From an uncultured Cytophagales bacterium (lineage in GTDB: Bacteria; Bacteroidota; Bacteroidia; Cytophagales; Spirosomataceae), in NCBI GenBank assembly GCA_964562455.1, contig CAZLTN010000010.1, positions 7,464-71,463 of the forward strand: a DNA stretch of 64,000 nucleotides, written 5' to 3'. The notes under the pieces are model-generated. The model ran no database searches, had not been told where the DNA came from, and saw only the letters and a list, made by a program, of their open reading frames with translations. Positions 11,101 through 21,233 of the stretch are shown in pieces. Each line of letters opens with the position of its first letter. Positions within the stretch are counted from its first letter, which is position 1. The translations under genes were made by a program, and so were the position numbers.

Positions 11101-12052
11101 TTACGGAGGAGGTATTTCACTTCGGCTGCCCAAAGATGTTATCATCAAAAATACTATTATCCAGGGTAACAGCAGCGGGATCAGGCTGCAGCATTCTTCC
11201 AATCCCGATACCCCTCCTTCCGAACCCGAAATTTCGTATAGCCTGATCCAGGGATTAGACGGAACTTCAGGCACGGGCAATATTAATGGGAACACGGATC
11301 CGAAATTTAAAGATACCGGAGCAGGCGACTACCAACTGACCCCGGGCAGTCCCGTCGTCAACAAAGGAGACCCCGAAACCGGCAGGTACCTGTTTCCTGA
11401 AAATAATGGAAATACTCCCATAGACCTTGCGACAAACGAACGCTTTTACGGCCCACGGATCGACATGGGCGCTTATGAATTGATCCATGAATCGGCGCTG
11501 CCGGTATCGCTCGCCACATTTACCGCCGCTCTGCAGGAAAACACAGCACTGCTTACCTGGCGCACTACAGAGGAAATCAACGCGTCGCACTTTGAAATAC
11601 AGCGCAGTACAGACGCCCGGGCATTTGAAACTATAGGTACCGTAAAAGCGAAAGGCCGCAGCGAAGGAATACAGGCCTATTTCTTCACTGATTTTTTGCC
11701 TCTTATTGCCGGAATGGAGGAAATAAAATACTACCGTCTCCGTATCGTTGATTCGGATAATACTTTTACTTACTCCCCCATTGTTTCGGTACGACGAAAG
11801 AACACGATTGAAAGCGCCGGCGCCATTCTATATCCCAATCCCGCCGCCCACAGGGTTTCACTCAAATCGGTAGGTTGGGACGAGATTAAAACCCTCAGGC
11901 TTTACAATCAGGCCGGACAGGAAATCTCTTATACCGTCGATCGGCTAAACCGTTCATTGATCGTCAGCCACCTCCCAACCGGCCTATACCTGTTACGGGT
12001 GGAAAAAACCGATAACCGTTCTCAGACATACAGGCTGGTAATCGGCAGATAG
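8102..12052 (+). CDS. T9SS type A sorting-domain protein with SBBP beta-propeller repeats, beta-helix-like region and choice-of-anchor-Q-like segment
   Basis: FIENKGQ N-terminal domain; seven D-x-x-G/N-N-x-Y/V-x-x-G repeats; GANNGTSWANAY; GGG-rich beta-helix; DYQLTPGSP...IDMGAYE; LPVSL Ig-like domain; LYPNP...GLYLLRV C-terminal domain. Confidence 0.88.
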   Translation: MIKILPFAAIILFLCAFDSTNGTPPAGSSPSLKTNRELFKKKLLFIENKGQLTDADAGHTANSVLFYAGDADAKVYVTKTGLHYQFLKATLPGSGPQAESMPRIQAHRYSVNLKNANPNPVVRKEAETIYTERHLRPGVEGDLIAGSYRKIILENVYPGIDWVLYTDRQDEDSESFKYDFIVKPGADPSLIQLEVEDADDTYIDEIGAMVMKTKLGEVKELPPVSYCDHLTVPTQFKEIRKNLYGFRIEPYDTSKTLVIDPEIKWLTYYTGIGLTNDIADNPAGSATDAEGNIYMMGTTLSATGIAHNGYQNNLNGQANAFIVKFNSNGERLWSTYFGGSVYEFGHSCVVDPAGNLYFTGKAHSNDLPATPGAHQSALSDHGALPVAEAYDVFLGKMNGSGALLWATYFGGNHSDKVYGCATDAGGNVYICGETRSNDLPTDATSFQKNYSGSEDQFQYDAFLAKFSSTGVFQWTTYYGGAYLFEHGHACATDTEGNVVMAGRSSGGIGTTPEVFQTTNGGGGGDAFLAKFSTNGERIWATYLGGSDSDEATACTTDPDGNIYVAGNTESANFPVLLPFQNTYGGGDFFGDAFLAKFDKTGTLLWSTYYGGDDDEDVTSCTVDMTGNVYIAGRTRSLNGIAFNGFLDDRGPYQRGFVVKFNPGGRGIWGSYIGGDFAEVVKNVATDHNNNLYVIGATVSSDLATPGAFKTENTYGTEAYFIAKIFDDTSLPTPVVYVNKKATGANNGTSWANAYTSLQDALASVCSGGNTINEQTQIWVATDTYYPDAGIGLTPGDRDLSFELCNKSAVYGGFNGTESHLWERNVDANPTILSGDIDKNGTMDNNNSFGVVSTRSNTVTGILDGFTITLGNANKVNCSPSSKGCNGGGLFIPYGSSPAIRNSRFINNSTRDDGGGIFSDGGNLPLKISNCVFQQNSSEDGGGGLSISGGRTIIINSLFAGNSTLSSFGGGGGIHGSGVSYLKILNTTIAGNVVGTSDNGSYGGGISLRLPKDVIIKNTIIQGNSSGIRLQHSSNPDTPPSEPEISYSLIQGLDGTSGTGNINGNTDPKFKDTGAGDYQLTPGSPVVNKGDPETGRYLFPENNGNTPIDLATNERFYGPRIDMGAYELIHESALPVSLATFTAALQENTALLTWRTTEEINASHFEIQRSTDARAFETIGTVKAKGRSEGIQAYFFTDFLPLIAGMEEIKYYRLRIVDSDNTFTYSPIVSVRRKNTIESAGAILYPNPAAHRVSLKSVGWDEIKTLRLYNQAGQEISYTVDRLNRSLIVSHLPTGLYLLRVEKTDNRSQTYRLVIGR

Positions 12053-12074
12053 TTACTTTTTGCGTTTCTTTTCT

Positions 12075-13217
12075 CTAATTCAACTCACGTCCCTTCCAGA
12101 AATACGTACCTCTCTGCCCGGCAAGACCAAAAAACAAAACATAAAACGGGTAAATCACCTGTACGACAGGTATACACCAAAGGGTATGTTCTTTTTTCAG
12201 GAACCGCAAAACCGCGCCGATAAAAAGCCATTCCGGCAGGATTTTCAACGATATTATGGCGAATACGCTGTACCCTGACAGTACGCCCGATGCGTAGGAA
12301 AATCCTGTCGTAAGCACCGACAGGTTCGCAAGGAAAATAAAAACAGCCAATACTTTCGGAGAAGCGCTGGTATAGTGCTTCCATTTGCTGGCCCATCGCC
12401 GACGCTGGCTTTTAAAACCGCTCCATGTTTGATGAGGGGTTGTCTGTACAACCGCCTCTTCCGATTTCAGGAACGCGATCTTACCCGGATATTGCTTCGC
12501 AATTTTTTGCAGCAGAAACTCATCATCACCCGATGCTATGTGATCTATACCGTCAAATCCGCCGACCTCATAAAAAACGGCTTTTTGGTATGCAAAATTA
12601 GCGCCGTTGCACATATTGGGATAGCCCGCAGCGATAGCGCATGCCCCGCTGCCTACAAGACTGGAAAACTCGACAGTTTGTAAGTAATCCGTTATCCTGG
12701 CTTCGCTGGTAAAAGTAACGGGGCCGCTTACGCATTTGGCCCCTGTATTCTCAAAACATGAAATGATGACTGACAGCCAGTTCTCTCCTACCCGGCAATC
12801 GCCGTCGGTAGTTACAATGTATTTTCCTTTAGCACTTTGAATAGCCGTGCCGATTGCCCGCTTTTTGGGAGACGCTGCCCGGTCGCCATCTGATTCCAAT
12901 AAGCAGAGGTTTATGTTACTGCGGGTTGCAAAATCCCTGACGAGGTCTGCCGTCCCATCGGTTGAAGCGTCGTCTACCAGCAAAACCTCGAACGAAGACC
13001 TGGTCAACGCCTGGCGATTAAGATCCTCAAGTAACAACGGAAGAAATCCTGCTTCATTTCTTACCGGTATGATCACCGATATCAATACCTCGTCCCCTCG
13101 CCCGTCGCCGGCCTCGGAGCTAAAAACAGGCATACGCTTCCAGGTCCACCACAACCAAAGGGTAAACAACGCGTAGCTTCCCGTCAGAAGCCATAGGATA
13201 TTTTCTAACCAGATCAT
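12075..13217 (-). CDS. Glycosyltransferase family 2 (membrane-anchored)
   Basis: ISVIIPVRNE, DDASTDGT, TTDGDC, SGDDEFL, QRRRW motifs; flanking TM helices. Confidence 0.92.
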   Translation of the reverse strand: MIWLENILWLLTGSYALFTLWLWWTWKRMPVFSSEAGDGRGDEVLISVIIPVRNEAGFLPLLLEDLNRQALTRSSFEVLLVDDASTDGTADLVRDFATRSNINLCLLESDGDRAASPKKRAIGTAIQSAKGKYIVTTDGDCRVGENWLSVIISCFENTGAKCVSGPVTFTSEARITDYLQTVEFSSLVGSGACAIAAGYPNMCNGANFAYQKAVFYEVGGFDGIDHIASGDDEFLLQKIAKQYPGKIAFLKSEEAVVQTTPHQTWSGFKSQRRRWASKWKHYTSASPKVLAVFIFLANLSVLTTGFSYASGVLSGYSVFAIISLKILPEWLFIGAVLRFLKKEHTLWCIPVVQVIYPFYVLFFGLAGQRGTYFWKGRELN

Positions 13218-14212
13218 ATGAATTTCCAGGAACGAACCCAGATCAAAAACAATCCAAACAAAGCCGGGATCAGGATATTAGTCACCCAAATTAACAAGGT
13301 CACTGCGATAATTTCATCCGGCAGGATACCGAATTTTCCAAAAATGAGCACCGCAGAAACTCCCCGTAAACCTAGATCTCCAAGTAAATTAAGCGCCGGC
13401 ATTACCGTCTTTATCATCAGGACCAGCGCCACACAGCTAACCAGCTCTATGAAAGAAAGTTCAAAGGCAAAAAGCAGCAGCCCTGCTACAAACTGGGCCA
13501 TATAGGTGAGATACCGAAGCGCTCCGATGCCAAATGCCAGCAATAGCTCCCCATTACTATAGTCATTGATCACTTCCAGCGATGATCTCACTTTTCTCCA
13601 GAGACCATTTGACGGGATCCCGGCAAGAAGCGGCTTGCGAAAAATGAACATTAAAAAACCGGCTGCGACCACTATCCCGAGCAGCAATGTCAGCATTACC
13701 AGGGAAGCCCGGCCTGCACCCAACCTATCCCAGAGAAAAAAGAGGCTCAATAGTCCTGCAAAAATCGCCGCATAAAACTGGATCCCGCCTGAAATAAAGG
13801 CAGCTCCTATCGTCCTCGAACGGTGCGCGATATTTAAAGCCGCTACCCTACCCACAACGTCGCCTATCTGGGCCGGCAACGCCAGTCCCGACAACAAGCC
13901 GGAAAGCGTGCTGCAGACCGCATCAGTAAAGGATATCGTCTGAATTTTGTTCACCAATAATTGCCATTTTAAGCTTTCCAGCGCCCAATTGACGGGTACC
14001 AGCGCAAGCAGCCAGCATAACCATATCCCCTCTCCTTCCTTCAGGTGCGTAAGTGTAGCCAGCAAGACGTCACGCAGGCCCTGCTCCTGTTTTTTCAGCA
14101 AAACCCAAAGTAAAATCAGAAAAAAACCTGTCAAAAGCAGCTTCAGGGCGATTTTCCATGGAAATTGTGCAAGAAGCTCTTTCTCCGGTAAGAGTTTTCT
14201 AAATTGCGCCAT
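13214..14212 (-). CDS. Lysylphosphatidylglycerol-synthase TM domain (flippase-like) membrane protein
   Basis: Multi-TM; NWALESLKWQLL, PAQIGD, GDLGLR motifs; 4-bp overlap with the GT2 gene. Confidence 0.8.
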   Translation of the reverse strand: MAQFRKLLPEKELLAQFPWKIALKLLLTGFFLILLWVLLKKQEQGLRDVLLATLTHLKEGEGIWLCWLLALVPVNWALESLKWQLLVNKIQTISFTDAVCSTLSGLLSGLALPAQIGDVVGRVAALNIAHRSRTIGAAFISGGIQFYAAIFAGLLSLFFLWDRLGAGRASLVMLTLLLGIVVAAGFLMFIFRKPLLAGIPSNGLWRKVRSSLEVINDYSNGELLLAFGIGALRYLTYMAQFVAGLLLFAFELSFIELVSCVALVLMIKTVMPALNLLGDLGLRGVSAVLIFGKFGILPDEIIAVTLLIWVTNILIPALFGLFLIWVRSWKFI

Positions 14213-14792
14213 GAGTATTCAAAAAGGGCATCCTGAAAAAATCATCATGGGCGTCGATCCCGGCACTCAGGTGATGGGCTACGGCGTAATAGCTGTAAAA
14301 GGGCAGGAAATAACTTTGCTCCAATACGGTGTTATTAAGTTGAGCAAATATAGCACCCATCAGCTCAAACTAAAGAAAATATTCGAACGGGTCATCCAGT
14401 TGACGGAAGAATACATGCCCGACGAAATAGCTATAGAAGATGCATTTTACGGCAAAAACCCACAGTCTATGTTAAAGCTCGGGCGGGCGCAGGGCGTCAC
14501 TATGGCCGCCGCCCTGTCACGGAATATCCCGATCGTAGAATACTCTCCGAAAAAAGTAAAACAATCAGTGACCGGGAACGGGAACGCAAGCAAGGAGCAG
14601 GTTGCGTTTATACTGGAAAAAATATTGAAACAAGAACTCAACCAGGAATTTATGGATGCTACCGACGGAATTGCAATCGCCGTCTGTCATCATTTTCATG
14701 CCAATTCGCCTGCTGCGACAGCCACGAAAGGAAAGATTAAAAAGGGGGGGTGGGCTGCTTTTGTGGAGGAAAACCCGGGGAGAATGAAGTGA
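14211..14792 (+). CDS. ruvC: Holliday junction resolvase RuvC
   Basis: IMGVDPG, IAIED, KLGRAQG, VTGNGNASKEQV, DATD. The true start is ATG 14211; the ORF-track 5' extension is antisense to the flippase gene. Confidence 0.96.
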   Translation: MSIQKGHPEKIIMGVDPGTQVMGYGVIAVKGQEITLLQYGVIKLSKYSTHQLKLKKIFERVIQLTEEYMPDEIAIEDAFYGKNPQSMLKLGRAQGVTMAAALSRNIPIVEYSPKKVKQSVTGNGNASKEQVAFILEKILKQELNQEFMDATDGIAIAVCHHFHANSPAATATKGKIKKGGWAAFVEENPGRMK

Positions 14793-14889
14793 TGCTGCTT
14801 CATCGCAACAGCAGCAGAGCCGGAATCACCCCAATACAGCCGCAGGGCCTGCGGCTTCATCATCTCAATTATTATATAATTTTACCCAT

Positions 14890-15780
14890 ATGATCCCGAT
14901 TTCCTATACCCGAAAGCTCAAACTACCTGCATTACTCATTTTTACATTCGCTTGCCTGCTTTCGGCTTCAAAGCCCAGGCCAATCGTGTGGACTGCGATC
15001 GGCGATTCGATCACTTACCTCAACGATCACCCCGAACAGACAGGGAACCGCATCACCAAGGGATACCTGACCCTGATCTCGGAAAAATACCCGGCTATCA
15101 CGTACATCAACAAAGGATATAACGGGTGGAGCGCCGTTCGGATCGCACAGCAAATAGACAACCTGGGCCTGGAGAAGTCCGACGTTTATACGATTTTCCT
15201 GGGTACAAACGACTGGTGGCAGGGCCAGCCCGTTGGTACGTTCGATGACTACCTCAACAATACCGGCCCGAATACGATCAACGGGGCATTCAGGGTTATC
15301 CTCGACAAGCTGCGCAGTCTTAGCCCCAAAGCCCGTATCATGCTGATCACACCCCTGCAGCGCGGCGATTTTGTGTATATCGCCAACATGAAAAACAATG
15401 CTTACGGCTCTTATCGCGATAAAAACGGCCAAAAGCTATCGGAGGTAGCCGACCTTATCGCCAGGATCGGCCGGCGCGAAAAACTCCCTGTGGTAGATTT
15501 GTTTTACGGAAGCGGGATAACACCCGAAAATATGGTACATTTCAAACGGCTTCGGGAACCGGGCGGGGAGAGCTACAGGAATTACTCCTACCCGGAATAT
15601 ACTTCGATAGCATTCGATCCCGAAAAAGATGAATACCCCTACCCTCCCGAGGCCGTCTTCATGACCTATGACGGTCTTCACCCTTCAGATGAAGGCTACA
15701 GGGTCATCGCCGATATGGTGCTGAAAAAATGGAAAGGAAGGAAGAAGCCGTCCTCCTCCCAACCTGTGTCAAAGCCCTGA
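14890..15780 (+). CDS. SGNH/GDSL hydrolase (exported)
   Basis: Signal peptide; GDSIT, GYNG, GTND and DGLHP blocks. Confidence 0.92.
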   Translation: MIPISYTRKLKLPALLIFTFACLLSASKPRPIVWTAIGDSITYLNDHPEQTGNRITKGYLTLISEKYPAITYINKGYNGWSAVRIAQQIDNLGLEKSDVYTIFLGTNDWWQGQPVGTFDDYLNNTGPNTINGAFRVILDKLRSLSPKARIMLITPLQRGDFVYIANMKNNAYGSYRDKNGQKLSEVADLIARIGRREKLPVVDLFYGSGITPENMVHFKRLREPGGESYRNYSYPEYTSIAFDPEKDEYPYPPEAVFMTYDGLHPSDEGYRVIADMVLKKWKGRKKPSSSQPVSKP

Positions 15781-16047
15781 AAAGGCCCGAGCAACAGGAA
15801 TGTACAGGACAGTAAAAATCTAATAACTATGAATTTTTGAATAAAAAAATAGGGATTTTCCAAGTTTGTCAACTCAGTTAAATACAAGAAAACAACTATT
15901 CTATACTGTTGAATCTTTTTGTACTTTTCACATTTAACATGCCGACTTGAATCCTTTTTATAGTGGTTTTTTATAGATATAAGCAAATAAAACAACTCTT
16001 CACAAAGATGGTTTTGTCCAATGTGCGAAGAGTTCCTCGATGACAAT

Positions 16048-16899
16048 ATGAATAAAATCGGTTTCAATGTGCTCGCCTGGACTGCCGGCGTCTCCGAAGA
16101 TCTCAACCCGGTCTTTGAACGACTCAAAACCATAGGCTACGACGGAGTCGAGCTTTTTATAGGCCCTTATGACATCCCGACATTTCAAAAAACCGGGGAT
16201 TTCCTCCGGCAGACAGGCCTTGAGGTGACATCTGTTTTTGTTTTGGGGAAAGACGAAAACCCGATAGACCCGTCTGCATCCGTCCGTGCAAGGGCTCTCG
16301 ATGCCATTAAGGCCAAAATAGACCGGGCGCATGCACTTAATGCCCCGCTTATTGTAGGGCCGTTCCATTCGGCCCATACTGTTTTTGCCAATCACGCCCC
16401 GCAGGAAGACGAATACCGGCTTGCCGCTGAAGTGCTCCATAAGGCAGGCGAATATGCCGCCCAGGCCAATATCACGCTTTGCCCGGAAGCGCTCAACCGC
16501 TTTGAATGTTACCTGGTAAACACCATGGAACAGCTTCTAAAGCTTGTGCGCCTTACAGATCATCCCAATATAAAGGGAATGTTCGACACGCACCATGCCA
16601 ACGTGGAAGAGAAGAGCTTCGCGGCGGCTATCGAAACCATTTCACCCGTGCTCACCCATGTACATATCAGTGAGAATGACCGCGGAACACCGGGTGACGG
16701 GCACGTTAACTTCGATGAGGTCTTTGCCGCGCTGGCCCGTACCGGCTATGACGGGTGGCTTACCATCGAGGCTTTTTCCAGGAACGATCCCGACTTCGCC
16801 AACGCCATAGGAGTCTGGCGCGAATTCTCAAAACCATGGGATATTGCCGAAAAAGGATACAGCTTTATCAAATCCAAGGTTGCAGAACATAATCTCTGA
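16048..16899 (+). CDS. Sugar phosphate isomerase/epimerase TIM barrel (D-psicose/tagatose 3-epimerase-like)
   Basis: GYDGVE, EALNRFE, DTHH, HVHISENDRGTPG, TIEAF. Start at MNKIG. Confidence 0.88.
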   Translation: MNKIGFNVLAWTAGVSEDLNPVFERLKTIGYDGVELFIGPYDIPTFQKTGDFLRQTGLEVTSVFVLGKDENPIDPSASVRARALDAIKAKIDRAHALNAPLIVGPFHSAHTVFANHAPQEDEYRLAAEVLHKAGEYAAQANITLCPEALNRFECYLVNTMEQLLKLVRLTDHPNIKGMFDTHHANVEEKSFAAAIETISPVLTHVHISENDRGTPGDGHVNFDEVFAALARTGYDGWLTIEAFSRNDPDFANAIGVWREFSKPWDIAEKGYSFIKSKVAEHNL

Positions 16900-16942
16900 A
16901 CCGAACCTTAATCATTTATAGCAAAGCATTATTTATCTTCAA

Positions 16943-17749
16943 ATGAAAACCTCACTATTTGCCGGACAAAAAAGCCGGAACTTCATGTTCTCCGCCGCAG
17001 TGTTGCTGAGCCTTTCCTGTACGCAACGCCAGAATGCTGACGATCAGCCGCAATCCGGCGAAAACGAAAAAGCTAAATTTGTGCGCATTTTCGACGGGAA
17101 AACTCTTAAGGGCTGGGAAGGCGACACACGTTACTGGCGGGTTGAAAACGGTATCCTGACGGGTGAAATCACACCGGATAAGCCTCTTGAAAAAAACAGC
17201 TTCCTGATCTGGAAAGACGGACAACCGGCCGATTTTGAATTTAAAGCCAGCTTCAGAATTTCCGAATCCGGGAATTCCGGTGTCAACTACCGGAGCGAAC
17301 GCGTGGAAGATGTACCTTTCGCTCTGAAAGGGTACCAGGCGGATATTGACGGAAAGAACAATTACACCGGCCAGAATTACGAAGAAAGAAAGCGTACCAC
17401 GCTGGCTTATCGCGGAGAAATCGCTACCATCCGGACCCAGCCCAATGCATCGGACCCGGCTTCCCTGAAGAACAATGTCCAGAAAAACGCCTGGCAAAGC
17501 CGTGAAGTGACCAGCTCCCTGGGAGCGCCCGAAGAATTGAAAGGAAAAATTCATTCAGGGGACTGGAACGAAATACGCATCGTCGCAAAAGGCAACAAGC
17601 TGCAGCACTATATCAATGGGACTTTAATGAGCGAAGTAAAAGACGATGATGCCGCAAACCGCAGCAACAAAGGACTCCTCGGCCTTCAGATTCATACAGG
17701 CCCTCCTATGAAAGTAGAGTACAAAGATATCTCTATCAGGCAGGATTAA
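16943..17749 (+). CDS. DUF1080 (3-keto-disaccharide hydrolase-like) lipoprotein
   Basis: Lipobox LSLSC; IFDGKTLKGW, NSGVNYR, GYQADID, WNEIRI, GLQIH. Confidence 0.9.
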   Translation: MKTSLFAGQKSRNFMFSAAVLLSLSCTQRQNADDQPQSGENEKAKFVRIFDGKTLKGWEGDTRYWRVENGILTGEITPDKPLEKNSFLIWKDGQPADFEFKASFRISESGNSGVNYRSERVEDVPFALKGYQADIDGKNNYTGQNYEERKRTTLAYRGEIATIRTQPNASDPASLKNNVQKNAWQSREVTSSLGAPEELKGKIHSGDWNEIRIVAKGNKLQHYINGTLMSEVKDDDAANRSNKGLLGLQIHTGPPMKVEYKDISIRQD

Positions 17750-17782
17750 CCTAAAAATTACCGGATTCCCAGCATTCACATC

Positions 17783-18817
17783 ATGCCAAAACAGACCCTG
17801 ACCAAACTTAACTGGAAAGATAAGATTTCAAATCGTCAACAGCTCGGAGGCATCGAGACTTCCATAATAGACAACGGCGCAGGTCGCGGTACCCGCATCG
17901 CCTGGATCAATACCGGTACAGGATTCCGTTACAAAGTCGTGATCGACAGGGGAATGGACATCGCAGATGCTTTCTATAACGAATACAATCTTGCGTGGAT
18001 CAGCCACGTGGGCATTACAGCACCCCAGCCTTTCTCGGACAAAGGGATAGACTGGCTCAGGACCTTTACCGGTGGGCTGCTCACTACCTGCGGGCTGTCG
18101 CACGTTGGCGGTCCCGAATCGGACGAGCACGGTGAAAGAGGATTGCACGGCCATGTCAGTAACCTGCCTGCCGAACTCATTTCGGTCATACAACCCGACC
18201 CTGCCGCCGGTTTGCTCGACTTCAGCATAACCGGTATTGTGCGTGAAACCAAGCCTTTCGGCCCGAGTCTGGAACTGACCAGAACCATTTCGGGCACGCT
18301 CGGAAAAGCATTTCTCAAAATCCATGACCGTGTGACGAACCGGGGAAATACTCCCGCTCCGCATATGCTCCTCTATCACTTCAATTTCGGCTGGCCGCTT
18401 CTCGACGAAGGTACACAGCTCAGATGGGAAGGCGACTGGTGCACCAGGCAAGGGGATAAAAACGGGATCCTGTTTAAAGAAGGAAATGACTTTAAAGTCT
18501 GCCCGCCGCCTCTCCAATCCCATCTCGGCAGTGGGGAAGAAGTGGCATTTATAGACGTGGAAGCGCAAAACGGAATAAGTGAGTGCGGGCTCTATAACCC
18601 GGGCCTGGATCTTGGCGTATCGCTCAGGTTCAATAAATCGGAGCTACCCTGGCTTACCAACTGGCAGCACTGGGGGCGCAATGAATATGTAACCGGTCTC
18701 GAGCCCGGCACCCATCCGCCGATCGGACAGGCCAAAGCCAGGGAAAACGGATCCCTGATCAGGATCGCCCCCGGAGAAAGCAAAAGCTACGAAGTTATTC
18801 TTGAAGTCAACCCTTAA
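17783..18817 (+). CDS. Aldose 1-epimerase-like protein (DUF4432 family)
   Basis: DRGMDI, GGLLTTCG, GLHG, LYHFNFGWP, YVTGLEP. Confidence 0.82.
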   Translation: MPKQTLTKLNWKDKISNRQQLGGIETSIIDNGAGRGTRIAWINTGTGFRYKVVIDRGMDIADAFYNEYNLAWISHVGITAPQPFSDKGIDWLRTFTGGLLTTCGLSHVGGPESDEHGERGLHGHVSNLPAELISVIQPDPAAGLLDFSITGIVRETKPFGPSLELTRTISGTLGKAFLKIHDRVTNRGNTPAPHMLLYHFNFGWPLLDEGTQLRWEGDWCTRQGDKNGILFKEGNDFKVCPPPLQSHLGSGEEVAFIDVEAQNGISECGLYNPGLDLGVSLRFNKSELPWLTNWQHWGRNEYVTGLEPGTHPPIGQAKARENGSLIRIAPGESKSYEVILEVNP

Positions 18818-18904
18818 GCGCTCCGGACGAAAGCATCATAACAGAATACGAACATATTTTTTTAGTCAGCATCTTTTTGTAATTTATCAAGATTAATATT
18901 AACA

Positions 18905-20119
18905 ATGGCAGAGAAAAGTATTGCCGAAAGGGCATTGGAGCAAGGTAAAGGGGTGTTAAGGCTTACACCGACATGGGTACCCCGTTCTTTTTGTGTACCG
19001 GGAAGGAGAATCAAACTGCATCCTGACGATTATTATGTTTTAGGTGGGGAAAGAGGAGGTATTGACGAGCGTTGGCTGTCATCTACCACGCCTGCAAAAA
19101 ACGGTCCGCTTACAGGTGAACATGAAGGTCTGAGCTTCGTGATCTATGAAGAAGACGGAGAACAGATCCTGTTTTTGCTGAAAGATGCCATAGACGAGCT
19201 GAAAGGCCAGATTATAGGAGACCGCCTCTGGAACGAGTATGAGAGCTGGCCGATGTATTCCAAGTTTTTCGACAATATGGGGCCGCTTCCCCATCATATA
19301 CATCATAACGACGAGCATGCAGCCCTGATAGGCCAGAAAGGGAAGCCCGAAGCCTATTATTTTCCGCCGCAGCTCAACAATCACGGAGGCGACTTCCCCT
19401 ACACGTTTTTCGGAATAGCTCCCGGAACTACCAAAGAGCAGATCCGCGAATGTCTTGTTAATTTCACAAAAGGAGACAATAAGATCACGAACTATTCGCA
19501 GGCTTTCAGACTTGAGCCGGGCACCGGATGGGACGTACCTCCCGGGATGCTTCACGCCCCGGGCAGCATGTGTACTTACGAACCGCAGAAAGCGTCCGAC
19601 GTATTTGCCATGTACCAGTCGCTTGTCAATGAAGCGATTATCCCGGAAGAACTACTCTGGAACGGAACTCCCGAAGACCGTAAGGGAGACTACGATCAGC
19701 TTATGGAAGTGATAGACTGGGATCTTAACGTAGACCCCAATATCATTGAAAACAGGTTTATGGCGCCGAAGCCGGTAAGGCCCGTCGAAGAAACCGAGCC
19801 GGAAGGCTACATAGAAAAGTGGATTTGCTACCGCTCGGAGGCTTTCAGCGCAAAGGAACTTACCGTATTGCCCGGTAAGACCGTTACAATTAAAGACGGC
19901 GCGGCATATGGCCTCATCGTGATGCAGGGGCACGGGAAGTTCGGAGTATGGGACATCGAAACGCCCGCCCTCATCCGCTACGGTCAGCATACAAGTGATG
20001 AATTTTTCGTAACCGAGAAGGCTGCGCGGGAAGGAATAACGATTTCCAATCCTTCGGCCAACGACCCTATCGTGATACTCAAGCACTTCGGGCCCAACAA
20101 TCCCGATCTTGGTTTGTAA
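18905..20119 (+). CDS. Class I phosphomannose-isomerase-like cupin
   Basis: PMI-type metal ligand pattern HHIHH...KPEAYYF...PPGMLHAPG; substrate not determinable. Confidence 0.7.
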   Translation: MAEKSIAERALEQGKGVLRLTPTWVPRSFCVPGRRIKLHPDDYYVLGGERGGIDERWLSSTTPAKNGPLTGEHEGLSFVIYEEDGEQILFLLKDAIDELKGQIIGDRLWNEYESWPMYSKFFDNMGPLPHHIHHNDEHAALIGQKGKPEAYYFPPQLNNHGGDFPYTFFGIAPGTTKEQIRECLVNFTKGDNKITNYSQAFRLEPGTGWDVPPGMLHAPGSMCTYEPQKASDVFAMYQSLVNEAIIPEELLWNGTPEDRKGDYDQLMEVIDWDLNVDPNIIENRFMAPKPVRPVEETEPEGYIEKWICYRSEAFSAKELTVLPGKTVTIKDGAAYGLIVMQGHGKFGVWDIETPALIRYGQHTSDEFFVTEKAAREGITISNPSANDPIVILKHFGPNNPDLGL

Positions 20120-20189
20120 AAATTCTTTAACAGATTAGCGTGCCTAAATACAACTATTGAAGATGTTTAACTAATAAACTATCAAGATT

Positions 20190-21233
20190 ATGCCTGAAAA
20201 TAATTTCCCAAAGCTGCACAATGCTACCTGGCCGGGAATCGTAGGAAAAGGCTCTGACTCTGAGCCCATTATTCCTTTTGAAACACTTTTGGAGAAAACT
20301 GCTGCTGCCGAAGTCGACGGTGTAAAATTTGATGGTGTAGACATTGATTTGTTCGACGCCCATTTCAGCATCAACAGTTCTGACGACGACATCAAAAGGC
20401 TCGCCGACCAGGTTGCAGGTTACAACCTCAACATAGGTTCGCTGGTGGCTCCTATCTGGCCGCCGGAAGGAGGTTCGGCCGCCGGTTCTCCGGAGGAGCG
20501 TAAGCAATTCGTGGAGCAGGTAAGGAAAGCCGCCAGGATTGGTCAGAAACTCCGTGACCTGGGAGTTCGCCCTTCGGGAGTCGTTCGTATCGATTCGGCT
20601 ACCGGTGTAGAGGCATGGGTACAGAATCCCGTAGAAAGCACCAAGCTCATAGCGCAGACATTCCGCGAAGCTGCCGACGCCGCGGCAGAATTCGGCGAAA
20701 GCCTGGCGGCCGAAGGAGAAATATGCTGGGGCGGGATGCATAGCTGGAAAACCATGCTGGATCTTCTCGAGCAGGTCGACCGGAAAAATGTAGGTTTCCA
20801 GGCCGATATGGCGCATTCATTTTTGTATCTCCTCGGTTACAACAGGCCTGAAGACCGGATTCTTCCGCAGGATTTTGAGTGGAATGACAAAGCTACGCTG
20901 GACGAAGGCTTCAAAAAGCTTACAGCCGCACTGCGCCCCTGGACGATAGACTTCCACGTTGCCCAGAACGACGGTACCGTTCACGGTACCGGGTCTCACG
21001 ACAAAACAGGCAGGCACTGCCTGGCTACGGATCCTAACGGCAAGCTCGATATCGTTCACCATGCCGGCTTCTGGCTTCGTGATGAAAATGGCGAGCTCAC
21101 CAGGCGGTTCCGCCATATCTGCTGGGACGGCTGTATGTTCCCCAACGAAGTGATGTACAAACAGGAAACATGGAATAATATCCTGGCCGCGATGATCAAG
21201 GTACGGAAAGCACACGGCTGGTACGAGGCATAG
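20190..21233 (+). CDS. Xylose-isomerase-like TIM barrel protein
   Basis: [25 protein letters not shown] motifs. Confidence 0.8.
   Translation: MPENNFPKLHNATWPGIVGKGSDSEPIIPFETLLEKTAAAEVDGVKFDGVDIDLFDAHFSINSSDDDIKRLADQVAGYNLNIGSLVAPIWPPEGGSAAGSPEERKQFVEQVRKAARIGQKLRDLGVRPSGVVRIDSATGVEAWVQNPVESTKLIAQTFREAADAAAEFGESLAAEGEICWGGMHSWKTMLDLLEQVDRKNVGFQADMAHSFLYLLGYNRPEDRILPQDFEWNDKATLDEGFKKLTAALRPWTIDFHVAQNDGTVHGTGSHDKTGRHCLATDPNGKLDIVHHAGFWLRDENGELTRRFRHICWDGCMFPNEVMYKQETWNNILAAMIKVRKAHGWYEA

Noticed and set aside
13947..14210. 88-aa N-terminal extension of RuvC
   Set aside because: Antisense to the flippase-like gene; RuvC similarity starts after ATG 14211.
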